Of a stretch of DNA of 64,000 nucleotides, positions 40,701-49,200 are shown one piece after another. A program made the translations under genes and the position numbers. This DNA is from Desulfatiglandales bacterium (GTDB taxonomy: Bacteria > Desulfobacterota > DSM-4660 > Desulfatiglandales > Desulfatiglandaceae). The first letter of the stretch is position 1; each line of letters starts with the position of its first letter. The notes under the pieces were generated by a model. That model was not told the origin of the DNA. It saw only the letters and a list, made by a program, of their open reading frames with translations, and searched no databases. The stretch is from NCBI GenBank assembly GCA_963662465.1, contig OY759599.1, positions 1,184,001 through 1,248,000 on the forward strand. The letters run 5' to 3'.

Positions 40701-43036
40701 AGACCGAAAGCCTGGCGCGAAGACAGGGTCACTTCCCGCAGCACCTGTATGCGTAAAAACTTTCGTCTTTCCTGTTCGTGACGACCGCCCCCACCTTCTT
40801 TTCGTACGACCAGCCACACTTCGGGTACGAGGGCGCGCGACAAGGATTCGTCCGCTTCAAGGGCGTCGTCGATGCGCCGTGACAAGTCCCCGACAGACAG
40901 GGGGCCATCCTTCAGGCCTTCCATCATCAGGGCCCGAAGTCGAAAGCGTCTTGCGTGGTCTTTCATCCAGCCGGCTTGAAAAGCGGCATCCTGGCGGTTG
41001 TCGCAGAAGACCAGAAGCCTTTGACGTTCTGAATTATGCACCATGTCCTGGGTCAGGACGTGGACGTCGGCCACGTTGGTTGCCCGGACGGGCCTCGCCG
41101 GTTCGCGATACCGGCCTCCAATGCGTCGCCCGTTAGCGCCGCAGGACAGACAGCTCGTCAGCACTCCCGGATTATCCCTTTTTTGACGCACGGCAAACAA
41201 TTCAACCGTCATGCCGGTTGCCCCGCAGTGCCGGCACCGTCCGGCTTCCCCAGGGTGGGCGGCCCCGCAGTACCGACAAAAGTGAAGGGGTTCGGTTCGG
41301 GCATGGTCTTCAAGGTTTTCATCGTCGCTGCCGCCGATGAGCCGATCCAGCAGGAGTACGCGATGCCCTCCCCGGGATTCTTCCAACGGTTCCCAATAGT
41401 GGCTGTCTCCAGCTGCTTCGCCGCCACCGGGTTTTTTCCGGGTGTATTCAAAATCCTTCAAGAACGAGACAAAATAGTGTTGGCCGCAGGTGGTGCAGGT
41501 GGTCACCGGAAAGTGGGCATGCTTTTCCTCTCCCTCGGCTGCTTCGATTTCGTCTTCGGCCGCCAGCCAGAGCCTGGGGACATTTCCGTTGACCGGAAAG
41601 TTCACCACCGCACCGCTGATGCCCCGAACAAATCCATGAACCACAGGCCTGAGCAGTGGGCGACCATCCAGGCGTGCGGCAGCCCCCAGGGACAGCCATG
41701 CGAGGATTTCGGCTTCGCTCACCGGGCGGCCCAGCTTTTCTTCCAGTTCGGAGGGAAGGCTGCGGAGTTCCCGGGGTGTGGCCAGGGATTCATTTAACTG
41801 AAAGGCCAGTTCGTTTTTAGACAGGTCCTGATGCAGGGCAACGGGCCAATCAAGCGCATCGTCCAGAGTTTTGCCTGCCAGATCCTGATAAACTTTACGA
41901 ACAGCCTCCCCGGTCTCGTCTTCAACGGCTGCCACGCATGCACTCAGTAATTGTGCCGGTTCAGAGCCCGGAGTGGGCGGGGTCGTACGTCCGCCGGCCC
42001 ACACTTCGGGTTCATAGGCTTCACCGACCGTTGTCACTTCCGATCCGGACACGCCGAAAAAACGGGTGGCAAAGTCGCGGGCGGCCTCCGGATTTTCCTG
42101 GTCGACAATGGTAGCCGATGTGGCCACACAGACCGAATCCTGCTCCTCCCGACCGCAAAATGCCCGCAGCCGCCGGATGAGGCAGGCGGTTTCAGACCCC
42201 TGAGCGCCGGTAAAGGTGTGCGCTTCGTCGAAAACGAGAAAGTCGAGGCGTGCGTCCGTGAACAGTTCGATGTCCCTCTGGCGGGTGAGCAGCAGCTCCA
42301 GCTGTTTGACATTGGTCAGCAGAATGCGCGGCTGTTTCCCCGCCGTACGCATAATCTCCCGAGAACAGACCTCCTCCCGCGGGTGAACCGTTTCACCGGT
42401 TCTTTTTTCGCTTCGTATCTTTGCCAACTCGGCTTCATAGTCAGCCCTCGAACTTCCTTCCGGCATTCGTCGCCCGGCCACGTTATTTTCCCGCTCCGGC
42501 GTCTTTCCCACGTACATGCCGAAGGGGATGCCTGTACCGGCGAGCAGAGATCTGAGCCGACCCAGCTGATCCTCTGCCAATGCGTTCATGGGATACACGA
42601 TGACGGCGCTGATGCCGGCAGACGCCCCCATGTCTCTCAGTTCCAGGCACTTGCTCACGATGGGATAGAGAAAACATTCGGTCTTGCCCGATCCGGTGCC
42701 GGTGGAAACCAGGGTTGTGCGCCCGGCATGGATGGCGCGTATGGCCTCTTCCTGGTGGCCGTAAATATGGGTGATGGCTTCGGGAATGCGCCGGCGCATG
42801 TGGGAATGGAAAATACCTTCCGAGATGAGATTCTCCACTGAAACACCCTGCCTAAAGGGACGGGACAAACTGATGTAAGGCCCTTTCAATAAGGGCGACT
42901 GTCGCGTCTGATCCAGGGAGAGCAATTGTCGCATCTGGGCATGAAGGGCTTTATCGGCAAAGGGGTAGGCCGTGAGTTGGTATCGCAGGAAATTGCTGAC
43001 GACTTTTTCGGTGAAAGCAATGGGGTTTAGTGCCAT
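37757..43036 (-). CDS. Large DEAH-box helicase with Zn-binding motifs, DUF1998 and a C-terminal Vsr/DUF559-like nuclease (DrmA+DrmB-like content)
   Basis: TGTGSGKT, YPMNAL..DQ, DEAH, TPTLELGVDIG, QRAGRAGR, multiple CxxC, D..PGGSG..C..AC..SC.DCL and PDI..IYLDG..H. ATG 43036 follows TAAGGA. Confidence 0.88.
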   Translation of the reverse strand: MALNPIAFTEKVVSNFLRYQLTAYPFADKALHAQMRQLLSLDQTRQSPLLKGPYISLSRPFRQGVSVENLISEGIFHSHMRRRIPEAITHIYGHQEEAIRAIHAGRTTLVSTGTGSGKTECFLYPIVSKCLELRDMGASAGISAVIVYPMNALAEDQLGRLRSLLAGTGIPFGMYVGKTPERENNVAGRRMPEGSSRADYEAELAKIRSEKRTGETVHPREEVCSREIMRTAGKQPRILLTNVKQLELLLTRQRDIELFTDARLDFLVFDEAHTFTGAQGSETACLIRRLRAFCGREEQDSVCVATSATIVDQENPEAARDFATRFFGVSGSEVTTVGEAYEPEVWAGGRTTPPTPGSEPAQLLSACVAAVEDETGEAVRKVYQDLAGKTLDDALDWPVALHQDLSKNELAFQLNESLATPRELRSLPSELEEKLGRPVSEAEILAWLSLGAAARLDGRPLLRPVVHGFVRGISGAVVNFPVNGNVPRLWLAAEDEIEAAEGEEKHAHFPVTTCTTCGQHYFVSFLKDFEYTRKKPGGGEAAGDSHYWEPLEESRGGHRVLLLDRLIGGSDDENLEDHARTEPLHFCRYCGAAHPGEAGRCRHCGATGMTVELFAVRQKRDNPGVLTSCLSCGANGRRIGGRYREPARPVRATNVADVHVLTQDMVHNSERQRLLVFCDNRQDAAFQAGWMKDHARRFRLRALMMEGLKDGPLSVGDLSRRIDDALEADESLSRALVPEVWLVVRKEGGGGRHEQERRKFLRIQVLREVTLSSRQAFGLEPWGRMKVDYEGLAATLPWIQKNADSLGMPAEDLREGVASLLDYLRRRHVLYDPEREIFSKYWMDGDLEVQQGYLPQIGNPVGTKLRREPPEKSTLVIQWISDQGDTTMRQIARKWGLPPENIEPFLEGLFHFLVDETFLTPVQLKGSRGGALPNLSGVYQVNADRLRLQQNHGVWRCKSCRRTSTRRTPGQLCLSWRCNGELQFVKEDKDNYNLQLLDENYAMLRPEEHTAMVPHKERERLENLFKGNSEAVNAFVCTPTLELGVDIGQLDAVLMRNVPPLPANYWQRAGRAGRRHRMAVGLTYCRSVSHDRAYFADPFKLLAGRVDPPAFNLRNDLMVAKHVHATVISRLHQYIRDSSLTDEQRNNIRDTLKTCLPDRISSYLFEDGLVREQIFDLSPLKILMGRCEKDLMKYVTAAFSQGWPEADAEVTKPEVLLNHIHTMVSELEAVIGRLSRRLQWALAQIKRLNLLREKQGDLEPEDDTLFRRCDTLVKRLKGTIRRRRREAEGYDDVNTYGVLSAEGFLPGYGLERGSVLGTAEIPFWRTGAMEFALPRPPSVALREYVPGNLIYANGNRFVARRFHRDVDEERAEMPVFEISTERHAVKETNAGATPGALGATILQTIAVCDVDLVHQSHISDEEELRFQMGVAVYGIERDQHNGGKAYNWGPHALHHRRGVRLRLVNVGANSAIERFGRYGYPVCRVCGQSISPLSSDKQRNHFDQSHQERCGRPPAPVGFYADVVADVLSLPACPDQQTAYSVLETLRIAATSVLDMHMEDLQILVIGHVDRDEVDGLLWDPMPGGSGLIDQICECFDKVVNHAVEIVETCPSACDTSCVDCLQTFRNGYYHKYLNRELAWENLRSWGNRIKPAHEIAAKRPSEEPSEGTHPVNEVERKLRHLLLSAGFEEGVRGEQIRLDRAIGTTTPDIIYRADHHAEDEGVCIYLDGLSTHIHGNPDTAEQDQRIRTWLRNNRVRSN

Positions 43037-43061
43037 GGCATAGTCCTTAATATCTATAGGG

Positions 43062-45728
43062 TCAGTGGGTCCAGATTTTACGGGATAGTGCAAGGACCCT
43101 TGGTCGAGCGCCTGCCTTCAATCTGAACCCCAGTCCGGTCCGAAAAATTTCCGGCATATAATACGCTTCGTTTTCCCCATATGCGATTCCATTATTTTCA
43201 AGGGCTTTCAATTCGTCAATACTCAAACCGACCTCTTCCCTCAAAAATGGTATTTGTCGATGTTCGTCGTTTAATTCACTAAGTTTGTTGAAAATATCTT
43301 TTAATTCATTGTTTTCAATGCCGATTTCATTTATCTTTTCCTTGCTGCAAACTTGCAGAGCGCCTCTTATGGCGGTCGGCGCCAAAATTCGATCTTTCCA
43401 GAAAACGTCCTTTTCCGAATCAACAGCGGCCTGGTGCAGGAATCGAACAAGATCTCTCGCCTGAGTCTGTCCCTTTAAATCAGAAAGGGCTGCGATTACC
43501 CAGTTTGCGGATCTTGCTTCTCTTGAACCTTCACTGCCGAGTTTTCTCCCCCATAGTGCTGCGAGGGCGTGCGTCAAGGCTTCTTTGTTTAATTTTTGCA
43601 GCGCTTCTTTTTCCAGAGTCGCCAGCGCTCCGGACTGAACGCCGACCCAGGCTGCCAGTCGAAGTGCCTCTTCAGGACTCCACCTTAGCGCATGAGGCTC
43701 ATATCTGGCCATCAGTTGAGGCGCATTTTGTTTAACGGCCGTCAGGACCATATCCTGGCGAATGAAAACCAAAAGTCCAATGTTGCGGTCCGGCTGTTGC
43801 TCAAGCCATTCCGGCACTTCTTGAATTAAAGAACGAATGGCCGTCTGTTGGCGGCGATTTGAGGATAGATCCTGGAATTGATCTTCGAGGCCGTCAATGA
43901 TCGGCAAAATACTTTTTTTCTGTCTGGTCAGGTAAGCTGGAAATCTTTTTCCGGCACCCTTTTCAAAAACATCAAAGCCTGCGCTCCATGCCAGGATATC
44001 AATCCATAGTTCCCGCCAATCCCCTTCGTGAAGGTCTTCCTTTAATCTCTCTCTTATATGGTCATATATGGCTGACAGCTCAGGCAGATTCTCGAAACCC
44101 AGCGATTTTCCTGCATCGGTTCTTGTTTTAAGAACAAGCGTGTTTGTGTCGGATGCGATATTTTTTGATTTCATGACCGGGCAGATGAGTGCCGTTATGG
44201 GGCTTCCGGAAATGCCGACATCGTTAATAAATTGTGCCCAATTGTTTCTGAACACCACCTGGAGAAATGTGTAAGTTTTTCCGGATCCTTTTGCGCCGAC
44301 AATCACCGAAACGGGTATCTTTGCCATAAAATCCGAGGCAAGATTTTTGAGTGGCGGTATTGATAAAAACTCTTTCAGTGCACTTGTTTCGGCATAGATA
44401 AGTTTTTTTGAAAATGCCGCAAGATTTTTGCGCTTTGAGATGCTGTTTTCTATGACTGCGTCAATTTCTCCCGTTTTGGAGGGGAGGAGGGGAAGCCATT
44501 CTAACAGCGGGTTCAATTCATCGGTCAGCCCCGCCTGCAAAATTCGCTTCATGACGTCTGCCCAACTATTGGGAAGAACCTGGAGGGAACTTGAAAATGA
44601 CGTAACAATCCTTGGGATTTCGAGATCCTCTTTCCCATTTTTCACTTCCCAAATGAGTTGTGCCGCTTCAAGTACTCTTTCTTCGTGTCGGGCCACCAGT
44701 CCATTTTTAAGCAGATCTTCCGGCACTTGTGAGAAAATCACGGAAGGAACAGGTTCATCTTCTCTCTTTGAGGGCGCACGACTCCCCAACAGCTCAAGTT
44801 CCTGACAGGTTCCTTCGATGGATTGGCTGCTCAGAGTGGTAACAATCACTCTGAACACACGCGGGTCCAGCAAAAACCCGGTTGAAAGCTCCGAGAGTCC
44901 GGCGCGCAGATCAACCACTACCGCATCCACTCCGAGCTTGAATCCAAGCGCTGCAACGGCCTCCGACAAAATAAATGGATTTTCCGCCCCTTGAATCAAG
45001 TGTTCGGGCCGGATTTCCAGGGAAGTGAACTGGGCGCCGGTTCGAAAAGCAGGGAGGATATACATATTGTCAAGCAACATTTCCTTGAGACGATCCGCAA
45101 CAATATCGATGCCGGCTTTTCCATCGGAGGATGGATCACCATGAAGCAGCGCTAAAAAATCGGCAAAAGAAACGGAGGGGTTGGGAAATCTTTTTTTAAT
45201 CAGCCAGGTAACCCCCGGCGCTTCCAGATCCGCATCAATAAACAGAACTCGTGCATCATCCCGCTGGTTGGTGATGGCCCTGGCCATGGCTAACGCATTG
45301 ATAGTGCGCCCCACACCACCCTTAAATGAGTGAAAGGCAATCACAGGAGGTAGATGCGCAGCCATTCCCGGTGGAGAAGCCTCTGCTGGACTGCCGGACA
45401 GAAAGGATGGTCTTTGAAGGCTCGGTTTGAACTTTTGCCGCGGCGGTGCTTCCGTTGTCTCTTCGAAAACGATATCCAGAAGCCGTTTGCTGTCCGGGTT
45501 GCTTTCCAGGATAATTGCCGGTCTTTCATTATCAAACCTTGGTTCAAAGAGTTTTGCGAGCCATTCAACCAGTTCTTCTTTTTTTCCCGACCGAATTCCG
45601 AGGGTTAGACTGTCCCAGTAAGCGCGAACCCAGACCAACCCATCGGGCCAACGGCTTTTTTCCATGGCTGTTTGAATCACTTCTTCGGCATCTATCCAGG
45701 TGAACAAACGCGTATCCGATGGAAGCAT
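43062..45728 (-). CDS. ParA/MinD-like (KGGVGR variant) ATPase fused to a second P-loop NTPase
   Basis: FHSFKGGVGRT, IDADLEAPG and VDLRAG; second Walker A VGAKGSGKT and Walker B IIDGLED. Confidence 0.85.
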   Translation of the reverse strand: MLPSDTRLFTWIDAEEVIQTAMEKSRWPDGLVWVRAYWDSLTLGIRSGKKEELVEWLAKLFEPRFDNERPAIILESNPDSKRLLDIVFEETTEAPPRQKFKPSLQRPSFLSGSPAEASPPGMAAHLPPVIAFHSFKGGVGRTINALAMARAITNQRDDARVLFIDADLEAPGVTWLIKKRFPNPSVSFADFLALLHGDPSSDGKAGIDIVADRLKEMLLDNMYILPAFRTGAQFTSLEIRPEHLIQGAENPFILSEAVAALGFKLGVDAVVVDLRAGLSELSTGFLLDPRVFRVIVTTLSSQSIEGTCQELELLGSRAPSKREDEPVPSVIFSQVPEDLLKNGLVARHEERVLEAAQLIWEVKNGKEDLEIPRIVTSFSSSLQVLPNSWADVMKRILQAGLTDELNPLLEWLPLLPSKTGEIDAVIENSISKRKNLAAFSKKLIYAETSALKEFLSIPPLKNLASDFMAKIPVSVIVGAKGSGKTYTFLQVVFRNNWAQFINDVGISGSPITALICPVMKSKNIASDTNTLVLKTRTDAGKSLGFENLPELSAIYDHIRERLKEDLHEGDWRELWIDILAWSAGFDVFEKGAGKRFPAYLTRQKKSILPIIDGLEDQFQDLSSNRRQQTAIRSLIQEVPEWLEQQPDRNIGLLVFIRQDMVLTAVKQNAPQLMARYEPHALRWSPEEALRLAAWVGVQSGALATLEKEALQKLNKEALTHALAALWGRKLGSEGSREARSANWVIAALSDLKGQTQARDLVRFLHQAAVDSEKDVFWKDRILAPTAIRGALQVCSKEKINEIGIENNELKDIFNKLSELNDEHRQIPFLREEVGLSIDELKALENNGIAYGENEAYYMPEIFRTGLGFRLKAGARPRVLALSRKIWTH

Positions 45729-45729
45729 T

Positions 45730-46137
45730 TTAGATGTTCTCCTTTACCCAGGCATGGATGTCATGCATCCACTTGTCGAGTTTTTGGGCATCGTCTTCTT
45801 TTATCATGATACCGTACCGCCATACTTCATGGGCGGTTTTTATCGGCAAGGCCGTTCCATCCCTTTGAAGCCGGAAAGATATGGGTGAAGCGCCCGCGGT
45901 TTGTGCCGGCAGTTTCAGCTCTTTGATAAAGAGGAACAGATCGTGACTATTTTGAAGGGCATTATCAGGAATTTGATTTGTGTTGTGTATTCCATTGCGC
46001 TTCAAATAAACTGATTTGAGGCCGCATTCCAGAGCGTAGAAGAACAACAGATGATGAGAGACTTCATTTCCGGTATTGGAAACACGGGTATGGTTCAGAA
46101 ACGCTTTCCTAAGCTCTGTGCAACCGGCTGGAATCAT
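45730..46137 (-). CDS. Small HEPN-like protein
   Basis: YALECGLK, SHDL and WRYG resemble the E..LK / HDL / RY pattern of HEPN domains. The stop is 1 nt from the next start. Confidence 0.6.
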   Translation of the reverse strand: MIPAGCTELRKAFLNHTRVSNTGNEVSHHLLFFYALECGLKSVYLKRNGIHNTNQIPDNALQNSHDLFLFIKELKLPAQTAGASPISFRLQRDGTALPIKTAHEVWRYGIMIKEDDAQKLDKWMHDIHAWVKENI

Positions 46138-46244
46138 TTGTTATGTGTCCTTCCTCTTCTATTTGGTTGTCTATTTCCACAGCATTTTCTCGTTTTCATG
46201 TGCAAGACGTCAAGCTGTCATCGGTATCCAAGTGATCTTTTACC

Positions 46245-49200
46245 TCAATCAAAAAGTCCCATCTGGCTCATTTCACCATTATTGGCATAGGCAGCTTCTT
46301 TCTCAGCCATTCGGTTCGGCGATTCTATATTGTGGCCGGCTGCAATTTTTTGATAGGGCGCCTCCCCGACCTGATCGCGGATGATCTTGTGCCAGGGGTG
46401 GTCGGTTAGGTGCGGCAGTGAAGCCAGCAGTTTCTCAAGGGCGGCATTGAACCCGGTTTCCCCGAGGTACTCTTTGGCGGCGGCAAGGGCTTGTTTTCGG
46501 TTCTCTTTGGGAACTCTCTTCAGCGCATCGGCGATGATCTGGACCATATCGGTATGGCTCCAGGCAAACCCCCGGTTATTTAAAATCCTTCGGGATTCAT
46601 CCAGTCGGTCGCGCCACGTCTGGGGGTCCATAAATACGATGGCAGTGGAGAAAACTTCACATAGATGCGCCTTTTCCTCCAGATCAAAGGCCAGGTAAAG
46701 AGCATCCTCCCAGCCCCCGGACGGCGTATCCCGAAGAACTTCTCCCAGCAGTTTCAAGTAGCCGCTCCGCCCCAACAGGTTCCGAGCATGGAGGTGGCAT
46801 TCCCGCCAGGATTCGTCAGGGCTTTGGGCGAGCTGCCAGTCGTAGAAGCGGGGTCCGAGGCGGCCGGCCACAGGCTGGTGTTCCTTGGCGCGATCGTCGT
46901 GGCCGAGGCCGTAGTCGGCCAGCCGCAGGGTCTCGGGGAGTATCCACCCTTCGCCGTCGTTCTGCTTGAGGAAGGCTTCAATGCCCTTGTTCCGGTCGCC
47001 GCCGCATTCTTGGATTTTTTGTTCCAGGTCGTGAAAGGCGACGAGGGTGAGGACGGTGTGGCGAAGTTCCGGGTCTTTGTCTTTGTCGACGCGCCAGAAG
47101 CCTTTTGGATTAATTATAGCTGTGAATTCTCTATCGCTAAATTTTGTTAATGGGGCATCACATTCCTTCAAAATGTTGTGTAGATCATTGGAGGAAAGAC
47201 GATAAAGAGCAACTAACACGGCATCAATAGTAACGTTTGCACGCAGTCGCTCAAAGTCAGTGACATACCATGTCTTCGGGCTGTAAGAGAGATCTTGCTG
47301 GTTACTAAATGAATAATTGGCTAAGGTAATTGCAACTGGCGAAAATAGCCATGAAGCCATATTCATATTCATTACCCATTTGCTTAGGACAGATATGATC
47401 TCCAAAGACAAAATAGGGATTGGCATCGCTGTGAGGCTGGCGAGATCAATGTTTGTCCCTCCACACCGATCTCGTAGAATCGAGTCAAATACAAAGGAAT
47501 TTAAGACAGCAGTTAAAATCAAATCTTTTTGCGATTCATTTGTCGTCAGTATTGGAGACTTGTCCCCAGAGGGGTGCCCCATGTCAACAGTAGAAATCAT
47601 AGTTCTGGCATCGGTATTTCTAGCAACGCGTCTATGGACAGACCTAAGCTTGATCCGGGGAGCGTCTCTATAATTCATCAAATACTGTGGGGAAATAATT
47701 TTATTTGCCCATTCGATTGGCTTCCATTTTGCGAGAAGACCTGTCCCTGAGATCCATCCCTTTTGGCTGAAATCGAATCGATGAATCATAACGCCTTGCA
47801 TGAATGCTACTGCCATATCCTCAATCTCATTTTCCCGGATCCATGCATCCACTTCCCGTGAAAGGATAATACCTTCAGGAATATAAACACGGGGAATGGG
47901 CAGGCGATCATAAGGCGGTTGGGCACAAAGGGTTTCGCCTTCTATCAGAGGTTCAACAGCCAAATCCTCCCAAAGCTCGTTAATCGGCCGCCATTCCCCC
48001 TTGAGCCACCGGCTGTATTCATCCGGCCGGTAGCCCTGGGCCTCCCATTTCGGCCTCGGCGGAAAGAGTTTGGAATCACTGGTCATGTTGAAATCGCCTT
48101 GCGCGTATTTGATGCCCCAACTGTCGGGACCATTATCCCCCAAGAGTACGGAATTGGAGTAGATTTTTTCAAGGATTTCGAGATCGCGGCCGGACTGGAT
48201 TTCCAGAATGGCCATGGTCCAGGGACTGAACTGTGTCACCTGTTCTCGGCGGTATGGCGTGGCGAAGGCTTCTCCCCGTTCCCAGTCTTCCAGTTTCCGC
48301 CGCATGAAGGCGGTTTGAATGGCATCGGTCTGGCCACCCTTTTCAATGATGACGGGGTTGAATTTGAAACGGCTGTCAATCTGAAAAACCTTGTCTCGGT
48401 TCTCGAACCCGAAAAGCCATTCCCAGCGGCAGTGATCAAGAAAAAGCTCTCTCAGCGCCCTTGTGCCATGATCCGAGTATAGCCCAGACGGCACGATAAA
48501 CCCTAAACGTCCCTTATTGCACAAAATATGATGTGCATGTTCAAGGAACAGCTTGTATGTATATGCCTTTCCTTCTCCCCTATGGCGGAATGGGTGGTCT
48601 GGGGAAGCGTAGGCGACACTTTTTTCTCTTGCAGCTCTCCAGTTATCGTGAAGAATAATGTTCCTATTTCCTCTAACAATTGAGAAACGGTCAGTGCTTT
48701 TTGTTGTGCTTTCAGGATCACCAAAAGGTGAGCCAGCAAATTTCATCCAGTTTGAATCGCAAACAAAACCGCCTGTATAATTAAGCCATTTACGTTCGGT
48801 TTCTTCTTCTTTGAAATAGGTTGTCTGAAAGCGCAATGCTTCCTGTTTACCGTAGGATCGATACAATGGATCAATATTCGAAAAGAACTCCATTGAGTTG
48901 GGTTGAAGGGTTTCCCAGGGCGGATTTCCCAACACCGCATCAAAACCGGACCCCTTGGCTCGAAACACATCCGGAAATTCCAGGGCCCAGTGAAAAAAGC
49001 GTTTGTTCGTCGTAACCCGGTCCGCCACGGCCCAGGTCTCATGGGAAGGCTCGGCAAAGGTGGTGGGCAACGGGGCAAGGCCGATTTGGTCCGGTGGCCA
49101 GAACCAGCAGGCGCACCAGAGGTCCATAGCCGCTTTCAGAGAGCAATAGGCATCGGAGCCCACAAATTCTTCCCGGTACATCCGGGCACGCCGGGCGCTG

